64,000 nucleotides of DNA, taken from Clostridia bacterium. GTDB taxonomy: Bacteria; Bacillota; Clostridia; Oscillospirales; CAG-272. This document shows, piece by piece, positions 27,920 to 37,690 of this stretch (its first letter is position 1; every line of letters begins with the position of its first letter). The stretch is taken from NCBI GenBank assembly GCA_017504205.1, contig JAFVRO010000014.1, positions 29,133-93,132 on the forward strand, written 5' to 3'. The notes below the pieces were generated by a model. The model searched no databases and had not been told where the DNA came from. It saw nothing but the letters and a program-made list of their open reading frames with translations. The position numbers were made by a program, and so were the translations under genes.

Positions 27920-28990
27920 ATGTCCAGTACAGCAAAAAAAATCATCATTTTGGTCGGCAGTGCAGCAGTGTTGTTAGCAGTTTTGCTTATTATTTTATTC
28001 ACTTGCGGCGGCAACAACAATCCCGAGAACCCTATCGACAGTGACAGCGAGTCTGAAAGCATCGGCGGCCTCCCCACCCCCGAGGATTCAGAATCCGAAA
28101 CAGAAGAGCCCGGTGATTCAACCACAGATCCGGTTGAAACGCCCACAGAAGAGTCTGATCAGACTACGGAAGAGCCTGCAGACGGAACTACCGACACACC
28201 CAATCAGTCCACTGAGACCTCCGGTACTACCACACCCGAGACAAACACTTCAACCCCAAAACCCGAGACAAACACTAATAAGCCCGAGGACAAGCCCTCT
28301 GAGCCATCCAACGTTGAGGTGTTTGATCACAAGTCTGACACAATATACATAACCGCAAGCAACGTTTATACAAGAAAGGCTGCGTTGGTTGCTGAATATA
28401 CCGAATACACGATAGTTCACTACCGTGACAGTTACGAAAGAATAGCCAGCAGCCAGAATTGGAGCTGCATCAACATTGACGGTATTTACTGCTATATTCT
28501 CAATGAGTATATAAGTACCACAGAGCCGCCTGAAATAGTTGATACGCCCGAGGATACAGAGCCTCCTGTTGATCCTGACGATCCCTCTATCAATCCCGAT
28601 GATCCTGATAACCCCGGTACTCCTGCAGTTCCCGGTGAGTTTGTAGAAGACAACTCTGTTTATTATGTACAGACTTGGGGCGTTAACGTCCGTTACACAC
28701 CTGAGGTAATCGGAAGCTTCGGCGACAAGGAAAACAATGTTGCAGGTCACTTCGGATACGGTGATGCAATCCAGGCGATCGCATCTAACGGCAGATGGAT
28801 AAGAATTTCCTTCAATAAGGATGGTGCAAGCTACGTTTGCTACGTTGCTATCACCTCATCCGTTGACGGAAGTGCTATTCTTTCCAAGACCCCTCCCACG
28901 CCCATCGAGCCTCCAACTCCCGAGGATACCACCAATACACCCGTTGTGACAGAGCCCTCCACCGAGACCGAGGAGCAGCCCTCAAAGTAA
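27920..28990 (+). CDS. Membrane-anchored surface protein with two SH3b-like domains and P/T/E-rich linkers
   Basis: N-terminal TM. SH3-like segments (IYITASNVYTR...WSCINIDG..CYI; VNVRYTP...WIRISF...CYVA). No catalytic domain recognised. Confidence 0.75.
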   Translation: MSSTAKKIIILVGSAAVLLAVLLIILFTCGGNNNPENPIDSDSESESIGGLPTPEDSESETEEPGDSTTDPVETPTEESDQTTEEPADGTTDTPNQSTETSGTTTPETNTSTPKPETNTNKPEDKPSEPSNVEVFDHKSDTIYITASNVYTRKAALVAEYTEYTIVHYRDSYERIASSQNWSCINIDGIYCYILNEYISTTEPPEIVDTPEDTEPPVDPDDPSINPDDPDNPGTPAVPGEFVEDNSVYYVQTWGVNVRYTPEVIGSFGDKENNVAGHFGYGDAIQAIASNGRWIRISFNKDGASYVCYVAITSSVDGSAILSKTPPTPIEPPTPEDTTNTPVVTEPSTETEEQPSK

Positions 28991-29006
28991 TTTCTATTAA
29001 CTAATT

Positions 29007-29040
29007 AAGCACCTCAAGGCTTATGCTTTGAGGTGCTTTT
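29007..29040. terminator. Terminator between convergent genes
   Basis: AAGCACCTCAAGGC-ttat-GCTTTGAGGTGCTT. Confidence 0.8.
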
Positions 29041-29047
29041 GTGTTTA

Positions 29048-30232
29048 TCAATGTTTATCTTTATTACTGTGATGCTTATGCACTGCATCGGGCTTTCTTG
29101 CAGTAGCGGGACGGAAGAACTGATATAGATTACACGGGATCATACCGTTGTAGAGCTTTCTGATCTTATCAGCGCGTCTGCCGTAGAGCTTTTCAAAATA
29201 ATCGCAGGAGGTGATGACGTATATCTGCCACGGTGAGAGTTTTGAAAATTCAAAGCCCATTTTACGGTAGAGGCGTTCGACGTCGAGCTTTTCGCCCATT
29301 CTTTCCCCGTATGGAGGGTTACAGATGATAGTTCCTTTTCTGCCTTCGGGACGGTGCTGAGAGATCGTCAGCGCATCCATTCTGAAGGTTTTTACATATT
29401 TACCGACACCTGCACGGTCGGCGTTGGATCTTGCAAGCTCGACACACAACGGGTCTATATCAGATGCGAAAACCTCGAAGGATGCGTCGGGTATGATTTT
29501 AGCGCGAGCCTCTTCCCTTGCCCGTTTCCAGCTGTCCTCGGGGATTGACTCGAAGCGTTCGGACACGAAGCGACGGTTAAGTCCGGGGGCGATATTGCAC
29601 ATCAGCATAGCGGCCTCAATTGCAATCGTTCCCGACCCGCAGAAGGGATCCCACAGTAGAACGTCATCACGCAGATGGGCGTTTATTGCCATAGCGGCGG
29701 CAAGAGTTTCTCTCAACGGTGCGATACCTGCATCGGGGCGGTATCCTCGTTTATGAAGTGGGATACCGGTGGTATCTATCATCACGGTAGCTACGTCCTT
29801 GAAAATGAAGAACTCTATCTGATATTTGTTACCGCTTTCTTCAAACCACTCTATGCCGTAGCAGCTTTTAAGGCGATCTACGGCGGCTTTTTTTATGATG
29901 CTCTGACAGTCGGGGATCGACGTGAGCAGGCTCCGTATCGAATGGCCTTTTACAGGGAATGCGTCCTCGGGGCCGATCCAATCATCGAGCGGCAATGCTT
30001 TTACTCCGTCGTAAAGCTCGGTAAACGTATGGGCTTCAAAAGAGCCGAGTTTAACGTATATACGCTCCGCACATCTGAGGTTTATATTGGCACGGGCTAT
30101 ATCGTCGAGCGTGCCTTCAAAGGTAATTCTGCCGTCCATAGTATCAATGCGGCGGCATCCCAAGGCATCAATTTCGTCGCCAAGATATTTTTCAAGTCCG
30201 AACAGGCAGGTTGCAACAAGTTGTAGTTTCAT
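29048..30232 (-). CDS. rlmL: THUMP-domain 23S rRNA methyltransferase (RlmL/YpsC family)
   Basis: LHKRGYR, APLRETLAAA, DPFCGSGTIAIEAA, NPPYGER. Confidence 0.9.
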   Translation of the reverse strand: MKLQLVATCLFGLEKYLGDEIDALGCRRIDTMDGRITFEGTLDDIARANINLRCAERIYVKLGSFEAHTFTELYDGVKALPLDDWIGPEDAFPVKGHSIRSLLTSIPDCQSIIKKAAVDRLKSCYGIEWFEESGNKYQIEFFIFKDVATVMIDTTGIPLHKRGYRPDAGIAPLRETLAAAMAINAHLRDDVLLWDPFCGSGTIAIEAAMLMCNIAPGLNRRFVSERFESIPEDSWKRAREEARAKIIPDASFEVFASDIDPLCVELARSNADRAGVGKYVKTFRMDALTISQHRPEGRKGTIICNPPYGERMGEKLDVERLYRKMGFEFSKLSPWQIYVITSCDYFEKLYGRRADKIRKLYNGMIPCNLYQFFRPATARKPDAVHKHHSNKDKH

Positions 30233-30257
30233 AGCGTTTCTCTTTACAGGATAAATA

Positions 30258-30692
30258 TTATTTGAAGTACAGTCCTGCAAGAACCGCGGCGGATTCAAGC
30301 AGGTTCAGCATTTTGTCATAGTCTTTAACGAGTGTGACTATCTCGTCTGCCGCGTAGAAGTCGGCTTCGAGTTCATCGGGGCGTGAGTCGGCGCACATCA
30401 GGAATACTCTACCGTAGTGTGTTTTGCCGTCAAGCTCGGACTCACAATCAAAAATTGGCATTATTTCAAACTCAAAACGGTGCATTAGTCTGAACACTAG
30501 CATTGTGGCGGCATCCTCGGCGGCAGTCACGGCATCGGAACGGGTTGGACACTCCGGTAGCTCAAGGTAGGATTGTCCGTTTTCGTCAATTTTCTTTACG
30601 AACAGCCATTTGTTTTCGAGCTTACACATAAGTATTATGAAATCAATGCTCCCGAGCGTGCCGGGCTTTGCAATTTGTATAAAGCTTCTCAC
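30258..30692 (-). CDS. NUDIX-fold-like protein with degenerate Nudix box
   Basis: KWLFVK...YLELP and F.I.PI...YG..F scaffold, but no GX5EX7REUXEEXG. Confidence 0.55.
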   Translation of the reverse strand: MRSFIQIAKPGTLGSIDFIILMCKLENKWLFVKKIDENGQSYLELPECPTRSDAVTAAEDAATMLVFRLMHRFEFEIMPIFDCESELDGKTHYGRVFLMCADSRPDELEADFYAADEIVTLVKDYDKMLNLLESAAVLAGLYFK

Positions 30693-30702
30693 GGTAGTCC
30701 TC

Positions 30703-31869
30703 CTATTTTATTCTGACCAGGCGATCGCAACCGTTTTTGATGGCGTTTACTACTGCTGTTACGTCGGATTCTGTATTATATCGAGAAAGACTGAGTCTCA
30801 ATGTACAATCCGCATCGTGAGGTGTCAGGCCGAACGAAACGAGCGGGCGGCTTGGCTCTTTTGCATGAGACGAGCAGGCAGATCCGCTTGAGACGCATAT
30901 TCCCTCAGAGGAGAGGAAATGCAGCATTGTCTCGCTTTTTATTGAAGGCATTGTACAACTCAGGATATGAGGCGCTCTTGTTCCGCGTGGAATATTAAGT
31001 TTTACATCGTCAATACCGCTTAGACCCTCTTCCAAGAGATCACGAAGCGCGGTCATTTTTGATACATCATCTTTGAGCGTAGCATATGATTCACGCGCCG
31101 CAGCGGCAAAGCCGAGGATACCGAGCAGATTCTCCGTTCCCGAGCGCATTCCATGCTCCTGACCTCCACCAAATACTATTGGCACGAGTTTTTTTGTTTT
31201 AGTGATCGCAGGGCTTACATAGAGTGCGCCGACACCCTTGGGACCGTGTATTTTATGTGAGCTGACGGTTACGAGGTCAGCTCCGATGGTCTGTGGGGTG
31301 AAGGGTATCTTCATAAAGCCTTGGATAGCATCGCAGTGGGTTATGGCATCGGGAAATTTTTTCTTAACCCGCGCGAATGCGGTTTTTACGTCATAAAGCG
31401 CGCCTGTTTCGTTATTAACGAGCATAAGGGTTATCATGAACACCTTTTTACCGCTATTAAGCACTGTATCGAGTGCATCAAGATCGAGTACTCCGTTCCG
31501 CGTTGGAAGCTTAACGGGCTCAAAGCCGAGTTCTCTTGTCTGCTCTACTGCGTTATCAACAGACGGATGCTCTGAATCTGTGGTTATGATGACCGTAGCA
31601 TCACGCCTTTTCTTTGCTTTTGCGGAGCCGAGAATTGCAAGACAGTTTGCCTCTGTGCCCGAACCGGTAAATATAAGCTCGTCGGGATGCGGTGATCTTA
31701 TACCAAGCGCTCGGCATACGTCAACTCTTGCGCTGTCAAGTGCTTTTTTGGAGGCGACACCGAGTGCGTGGAGCGAGGAGGGATTACCGAAGATGTCCAG
31801 TGCCTTTACGGTCTCCTGCTTAACATATTCCGAGAGCGGTGTGGTAGCGCTATTATCAAGATATATCAT
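30703..31869 (-). CDS. Cysteine desulfurase (IscS/NifS family)
   Basis: IYLDNSATT, GNPSSLH, NNETG, SSHKIHGPKG, SSGSACSS. Confidence 0.93.
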   Translation of the reverse strand: MIYLDNSATTPLSEYVKQETVKALDIFGNPSSLHALGVASKKALDSARVDVCRALGIRSPHPDELIFTGSGTEANCLAILGSAKAKKRRDATVIITTDSEHPSVDNAVEQTRELGFEPVKLPTRNGVLDLDALDTVLNSGKKVFMITLMLVNNETGALYDVKTAFARVKKKFPDAITHCDAIQGFMKIPFTPQTIGADLVTVSSHKIHGPKGVGALYVSPAITKTKKLVPIVFGGGQEHGMRSGTENLLGILGFAAAARESYATLKDDVSKMTALRDLLEEGLSGIDDVKLNIPRGTRAPHILSCTMPSIKSETMLHFLSSEGICVSSGSACSSHAKEPSRPLVSFGLTPHDADCTLRLSLSRYNTESDVTAVVNAIKNGCDRLVRIK

Positions 31870-31892
31870 AGTGATTGGTTCCTTTATCCGTA

Positions 31893-31929
31893 AAAAATTG
31901 CCGTGCGGTCAAAAACCACGGCAATTTTT
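31893..31929. terminator. Intrinsic terminator between the lipoprotein and desulfurase genes
   Basis: AAAAATTGCCGTG...CACGGCAATTTTT. Confidence 0.7.
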
Positions 31930-31935
31930 ATATTT

Positions 31936-32511
31936 TTATCTGAATATAAATTCCGAGAGGATATTTTCTGCCTCAGCGTAATGGGTATCGAATTTTCCCT
32001 CTACGGTTTTGCCTTCGCTATCGGTATAGGTATCGGTAGAGGTATAGGTAAAATTATAGATAATACCATCGCGGGTGGTTATAGTCTGTGCGACCTTATA
32101 CTTCACACCGCCGAAAGTGAATGTATAGATATACTGCTTTGCTTCCCTTCCGCCCATGACCTTGGTTGCGGTTTTAGATTCGTCCACGGTAAAATCATCA
32201 AGAGAAGCGGTGTAGTCAGCAACGCAGGTTTCCCAATACTTTTCAACGGTCATTGAGTCGGGGTATGAGGTCACGGTGACGTTGGAGGTATCCGTCGCAG
32301 AAAAGTATGCGCTTGAAAAATTATCATCATTGTCCACGACCCATGATTTGGGGACATATAAGCAATACGGGACGTTGTCCTCGGATGCAAGCTGCATTCC
32401 GTCCGGAGCTTCAGCGTTTGAGCATGAAGCCATGCCAAGCACCAATACCAGCAGGAGTAATATGCTGAGGATAGATTTTTTGATTGTCGGTATTTTTTTA
32501 TTCGTTTTCAT
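31936..32511 (-). CDS. Lipoprotein, possibly PsbP/DcrB-like fold
   Basis: Lipobox MASC; YVPKSW, MGGREA..YIY, IYNFTYTS pattern. Confidence 0.6.
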   Translation of the reverse strand: MKTNKKIPTIKKSILSILLLLVLVLGMASCSNAEAPDGMQLASEDNVPYCLYVPKSWVVDNDDNFSSAYFSATDTSNVTVTSYPDSMTVEKYWETCVADYTASLDDFTVDESKTATKVMGGREAKQYIYTFTFGGVKYKVAQTITTRDGIIYNFTYTSTDTYTDSEGKTVEGKFDTHYAEAENILSEFIFR

Positions 32512-32603
32512 TTTAGCACCTCTGAATTCGGTTTACCATTATATGATAACATAAATCAGTATAAATATCAATAATAAATTGTTAACATTCGGCGTTTTTT
32601 GCG

Positions 32604-33860
32604 TCAATTGTCACTTATTACCTTTTCTGCGGCACTCATAATGCCTATTTTGCCGCTTTCGTAGGTAAGTCCACCTTGGAAGTAGACGGTAAAGGGCTCT
32701 CTCAGTGGGCCATCTGCGCTGAGTTCAATGGATGATCCCTGAGTGAATGCGCCTGCAGCCATTATGACCTTATCGTTATATCCGGGCATATCCCACGGCT
32801 CGGGGGTAACGAAAGCGTCAACGGGTGAGCCTGCCTGAATACCTTGGCAGAATTTGCAGAGCTTGTCCGCGCTTCCCGTGATTACGGTCTGTATGATATC
32901 GCTTCTCGTTTCGTTCCATTTCGGCTCAACGTTATATCCGAGGTTCTCAAATATATATGCGGCAAGGTGTGCGGTTTTGAGTGCCTGTGCGGTTGTATGT
33001 GGGGCATAGAACAGCCCCTTATATAGGCTTTTATTCTGACCGAGCGTTGCACCGACCTCGCAGCCTACGCCCACGGAGGTAAGTCTGTAGCTTGCAAGCT
33101 CAACTGCTCTTTCGGTACCTGCTATGTAGCCGCCACACTCTGCCATACCGCCGCCGGGGTTTTTGATGAGTGAGCCTATCACCATATCGGCGCCGTATGC
33201 GGTGGGCTCTTCGGTTTCGACGAACTCGCCGTAGCAGTTATCCACTACAACGTAGGCGTAGGGAGCGTTTGCTTTTACAAAGCGGCAAAGTTCACCGATC
33301 TCCGCAACGGTAAGTGTACGTCGGTTAAGGTAACCCTTTGAGCGTTGTACGAACACCACTTTAAGGCTTTTGCCGATAGTATCTATTGCATTTTTGATTG
33401 CGGGAAAGTCCAGAGTGCCCTGCTCTGTCAGCTCTATCTGACGGTAGCCAACGCCGAAGTCCTTGAGTGAGCCGTCACCGGGATTTCCGCAGATGCCTAT
33501 GACCTCCTCAAGCGTGTCGTACGGCTTGCCTGCAACTGAGAGCATTACATCACCCGGACGGAGCAGACCGTACAGTCCGATAGCAAGTGCCTGAGTACCG
33601 TTTACGATATTATGCCTTACGAATGCTTTGGGTGCTTTCATAACGTCCGCCCAGATAAGGTCGAGGGTATCCCTGCCTTTGTCGTCGTAGCCGTAGCCAC
33701 TGCTTGCGCAGAACATTGCGTCACAGACTTTATATTCTTTAAACAGATCCATTATTCTCTGTGTATTTATAAATGAGATCTCGTCGATACGAGCAAAATA
33801 CGGTGCAAGGGCGATTTCCGCCTCGCGTGTCAGGTCAATTATTCTTTTTGAAATTTGCAT
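32604..33860 (-). CDS. YnbB/aluminium-resistance family PLP protein (methionine gamma-lyase-like)
   Basis: GYGYDDKGRD, QRSKGY, VDNCYGEF, GSLIKNPGGG, IMAAGAF.QGSSIELSADGP. Confidence 0.92.
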   Translation of the reverse strand: MQISKRIIDLTREAEIALAPYFARIDEISFINTQRIMDLFKEYKVCDAMFCASSGYGYDDKGRDTLDLIWADVMKAPKAFVRHNIVNGTQALAIGLYGLLRPGDVMLSVAGKPYDTLEEVIGICGNPGDGSLKDFGVGYRQIELTEQGTLDFPAIKNAIDTIGKSLKVVFVQRSKGYLNRRTLTVAEIGELCRFVKANAPYAYVVVDNCYGEFVETEEPTAYGADMVIGSLIKNPGGGMAECGGYIAGTERAVELASYRLTSVGVGCEVGATLGQNKSLYKGLFYAPHTTAQALKTAHLAAYIFENLGYNVEPKWNETRSDIIQTVITGSADKLCKFCQGIQAGSPVDAFVTPEPWDMPGYNDKVIMAAGAFTQGSSIELSADGPLREPFTVYFQGGLTYESGKIGIMSAAEKVISDN

Positions 33861-33878
33861 TTTTATTTTCCTTTTTAA

Positions 33879-35288
33879 TTAAAATGATAATACTATATTT
33901 TTGAAGGTTCGCCCTCTATGCTCGAAGTCCTTGAAGGCGTCGAAGCTTGCGCATGCGGGCGAAAGTAAAACAGTATCTCCGGACGCGGCAAGGTCTTTTG
34001 CGGCTTGAACTGCATCTGCAAACAAGGGGGCGTTGATGATTTTTATATCTGATGTTTGATAAAGTGGGCAGGATGTAATGGCTGACCGTATGCGCTCTGC
34101 GGTCTGCCCCGTCAGCACGACTGCTTTGGCTCTTGCACAAAGTGCTTCGGCGAGAGTATCAAACGGAACGTTTTTATCCGAGCCGCCGCATATAACGATC
34201 GGACGGCAATCAAGAGCGTTAAGTGCCGCGACCGTGCGTGTCGGACTTGAGTCGATTGAACTATTATAATACTTTACTCCGTTTTTCTCGGCGACAAACT
34301 CAAGTCTATGCTCCACTCCACCGAAGGTGCGTGCGATGCTTTGAACGGTGGCGTTTGTAACGTGAGCTCTGGTGGCACCGATAGCCGCCATATAGTTTGC
34401 TACGTTGTGGCGTCCCGGGAGCTTGATGTCCGTCAGGTTCAGAACGGATTCGGGAGTATCGGCACAGTAAATCACCGTTCCGTTTTCAATATAAATGCAG
34501 GCTTTGGCATTTGGGATAAGCGAAAGGATCTCTTCGCGCGATTTTGAAAGTGAGAAGGCGGTGATATGTGCGGTCGGCTTAATTCTTTGGATAAGCTCAA
34601 GGCTTGCGGTATCATCTGCGTTTATTACAAGCTCTCTGCATCTTTCACCGATTATATCTGCCTTGGCACTGATATATTCGTTCATATCGATATGCCAATT
34701 CAAGTGATTTGGGGTGATATTTGTAAGCACTGCGACGTCGGGAGAGACTGATATTCCCTGAAGCTGAAAGCTTGACAGTTCAAGGACGGACAGGTCGGCG
34801 GCGGTATTATCTTTGATATGGGTAAGCGGTGAGATACCGATATTACCTCCGATAAAGGCTTTTGCGTGCTTTGAGAGCATCAGGTGTATCAGCGTTGTGG
34901 TAGTAGTCTTACCGTCGCTTCCGGTTATACAGAATAATTTTGACGGAGTCAGCATCATATAAAGCTCGATTTCGGAGCTGATGAGTGCGCCCTGCTCGAT
35001 TGCTTTAAGGAACTCGGGTATATCGGGGCGAATTGCAGGGGTACGAAAGATCACGCAATCCTCGGTGTGGAGTCCGTCAAGATAGCCATCTCCGCACTTG
35101 AAGATGACTTCATGCTTTTGGTACTTTTGCGCGGTATCGGACGGTGGAAGGCCTTTATCCCTTGCGATGAGACGTGGCGCGCCAAGCTCAAGCAGATAGT
35201 TTATCAGGGCATAGTTTGAACGTCCAAGTCCTACGACCTCACATGTGCCGTTTTTTATTCTTCGCAGTATCTCAGAAAGCTTATTCAT
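33879..35288 (-). CDS. murD: UDP-MurNAc-L-Ala--D-glutamate ligase
   Basis: ITGSDGKTTT, GGNIG, ELSSFQL, HRLE, LSPACASFD.F..FEHRG. Confidence 0.95.
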   Translation of the reverse strand: MNKLSEILRRIKNGTCEVVGLGRSNYALINYLLELGAPRLIARDKGLPPSDTAQKYQKHEVIFKCGDGYLDGLHTEDCVIFRTPAIRPDIPEFLKAIEQGALISSEIELYMMLTPSKLFCITGSDGKTTTTTLIHLMLSKHAKAFIGGNIGISPLTHIKDNTAADLSVLELSSFQLQGISVSPDVAVLTNITPNHLNWHIDMNEYISAKADIIGERCRELVINADDTASLELIQRIKPTAHITAFSLSKSREEILSLIPNAKACIYIENGTVIYCADTPESVLNLTDIKLPGRHNVANYMAAIGATRAHVTNATVQSIARTFGGVEHRLEFVAEKNGVKYYNSSIDSSPTRTVAALNALDCRPIVICGGSDKNVPFDTLAEALCARAKAVVLTGQTAERIRSAITSCPLYQTSDIKIINAPLFADAVQAAKDLAASGDTVLLSPACASFDAFKDFEHRGRTFKNIVLSF

Positions 35289-35515
35289 GGCATTGCTCCT
35301 TGAAGGTTATCAGTATTATTATATAACATTTCGGGCTGTGTTGCAAGTATAAATTTCAATATTTTCCGTACGTGTGCAGGTTTTTTGGTTATATAAAAAT
35401 ATTTGTTCAAGGGGCTTTTCAAAACAAAGTTTTTTTGGTATAATATAATAGATGTATTATGATCCGACGGATTCGGGCGGATTTAACATAGATTTTGAAT
35501 GCACAGGAGGTTTAT

Positions 35516-37642
35516 ATGGCGGTTAAGGGTGAAAAAGCTTCCAAGGGAAAAGCAACACCAAAGGCTTCATCAAAGACCAAAGCGCCTGGCAAGGCGAAAA
35601 AGGTAGAGTCGCAGGTTGAGGAGCTGACAATTGACGCGATCGTTGACGGAAACGGTGCAAGCACATCCGTTTACGATGACAGCAGTATAAAGTCATTGAA
35701 AGGCCCTGACAGAATAAGAAAAAGACCGCAGGTCGTATTTGGCTCGGACGGTCTTGAGGGGTGTGAGCACGCATATTTTGAGATACTTGCAAACGCGGTG
35801 GACGAGGCGCGTGAGGGATACGGTAATCTGATCACGACCACCGTTTTCAGAGATCACTCCATTGAGGTCGAGGACCACGGACGTGGAATTCCGCTTGGAT
35901 ACAACGAGCAGGAGCAGAGATACAACTGGGATCTTATTTTCTGTGAAATGTATGCCGGGGGTAAATACGATAACAAGGGTGGCAAGGGCAACTACAAGTT
36001 CTCGTTGGGCCTTAACGGTCTCGGCGCTTGCGGTACTCAGTGCAGCTCGGTTTACATGAACGTCACGTCTTACAAGGGAGATTACTGTCATTCCATCGAC
36101 TTTGCGCGTGGATTTGCGACAAGTGAATTGAGAGAGACAAAGCTCCCCCCTTCCCAGCGACGCACGGGAACTGTCATTCGTTGGCTTGCCGATCTTGAGG
36201 TTTTCACGGATATTGAAATTCCGCACGAATTCTTCAGAGACGTGCTTTACAGGCAATCGATAGTAAACGCCAACGTAGCGTTTGAGTTGAAGATCGAGCA
36301 GGAGGACGGTACGTTCTCTTACGAAAAGTATTTGCACGAGAACGGAATAGCGCAGTATGTCAGTGAGCTTGCAGGACAAAGTGCCATCACTATGCCCGTA
36401 AGTTGGCATCACGAGGACCGAGGACGCGACCGTGAGAACAAGGACGAGTACACGCTTGAGGCGGATTTTGCATTTTGTCTTTGCACAGAGGTAAATGTGA
36501 TAGAGTACTATCACAACTCAAGTTTTCTTGTACACGGCGGCTCTCCCGACAAGGCACTCCGAACTGCATTTGTGTTTGCGCTTGATAAATATATGCGTGA
36601 AAATGGCAAGTATCAAAAAGATGAGTCGAGGATCACGTTCCAGGATATTGCGGGGTGTCTGATCTTTGTTTGTAACAGCCGTTCCGACGAGACGTCGTTT
36701 GAAAACCAGACAAAGAAATCCATTTCAAACACATTTATACAGAATTCCATGACGGAGTTTCTCAAGCAGCAGCTGACGATCTATCTTACGGAAAATCCGC
36801 TTGATGCGGATCGGTTTGCAAAGCTTGTGCTTATCAACAGACGAAGCCGTGAGGCGGCGGAGAATGCGGTACAGATCTCTAAGAAGAAGCTGACTGCGGC
36901 GGTTGATTCGTCAAACCGTGTTGAGAAGTTTGTTAACTGCCGTTCAAGGGATCCTGAAAGGCGCGAGCTTTACATCGTTGAGGGAGATTCGGCTCTTACG
37001 TCCTGTAAGCTTGGAAGAAATGCGGAATTTCAGGCGATCATACCTGTTCGTGGAAAGACGCTTAACTGTATGAAGAGCACATATGAGAAAATATTTTCAA
37101 GTGACATTATCGTCGATCTTCTGAGGGTTATCGGTTGCGGTGTGGAGCTTCACGGAAAGGCGAAGCTTGATCTTCCGCCGTTTGACATAAACAATCTGAA
37201 ATGGTCCAAGATCATTATCTGTACTGATGCGGACGAGGACGGGTTCCAGATAAGAACGCTTCTTCTGACGCTTTTCTACCGTCTGCTCCCTACTCTGCTC
37301 AAGGAAGGCAAGGTGTTTATTGCGGAGTCACCGCTTTTTGAGATAACCACGAAGGACAAGACGTTATTTGCATATGATGAGCCCGAAAAGACAAAGATAC
37401 TCAAGGAGCTTGGAAGCAAGAAATACACTATCCAGCGTTCAAAGGGACTTGGTGAGAACGAGCCTGAGATGATGTGGCAGACCACGATGAATCCTGCGAC
37501 GAGAAGGCTTATTGCGGTACGTCCGACGGATGAAAAGATGACTTTATATATGTTTGATACCCTTCTTGGCGAGGATATTGACGAGAGAAAGCGTTTTATA
37601 ACGAAGTACGGCGGACTTTATCTTGCGGATATTGATGTATAA
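35516..37642 (+). CDS. Type IIA topoisomerase B subunit (divergent GyrB/ParE-like)
   Basis: GHKL motifs EILANAVDE and DHGRGIP; toprim VEGDSA, PVRGK, TDADEDG; RSKGLGE. Start after GGAGG. Confidence 0.92.
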   Translation: MAVKGEKASKGKATPKASSKTKAPGKAKKVESQVEELTIDAIVDGNGASTSVYDDSSIKSLKGPDRIRKRPQVVFGSDGLEGCEHAYFEILANAVDEAREGYGNLITTTVFRDHSIEVEDHGRGIPLGYNEQEQRYNWDLIFCEMYAGGKYDNKGGKGNYKFSLGLNGLGACGTQCSSVYMNVTSYKGDYCHSIDFARGFATSELRETKLPPSQRRTGTVIRWLADLEVFTDIEIPHEFFRDVLYRQSIVNANVAFELKIEQEDGTFSYEKYLHENGIAQYVSELAGQSAITMPVSWHHEDRGRDRENKDEYTLEADFAFCLCTEVNVIEYYHNSSFLVHGGSPDKALRTAFVFALDKYMRENGKYQKDESRITFQDIAGCLIFVCNSRSDETSFENQTKKSISNTFIQNSMTEFLKQQLTIYLTENPLDADRFAKLVLINRRSREAAENAVQISKKKLTAAVDSSNRVEKFVNCRSRDPERRELYIVEGDSALTSCKLGRNAEFQAIIPVRGKTLNCMKSTYEKIFSSDIIVDLLRVIGCGVELHGKAKLDLPPFDINNLKWSKIIICTDADEDGFQIRTLLLTLFYRLLPTLLKEGKVFIAESPLFEITTKDKTLFAYDEPEKTKILKELGSKKYTIQRSKGLGENEPEMMWQTTMNPATRRLIAVRPTDEKMTLYMFDTLLGEDIDERKRFITKYGGLYLADIDV

Positions 37643-37643
37643 A

Positions 37644-37681
37644 AATAGCGGGATGCACCGAGGTGCATCCCGTTTTCTATT
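37644..37681. terminator. Bidirectional terminator
   Basis: CGGGATGCAC-cgag-GTGCATCCCG followed by TTTT. Confidence 0.8.
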
Positions 37682-37690
37682 GTTTAATAA

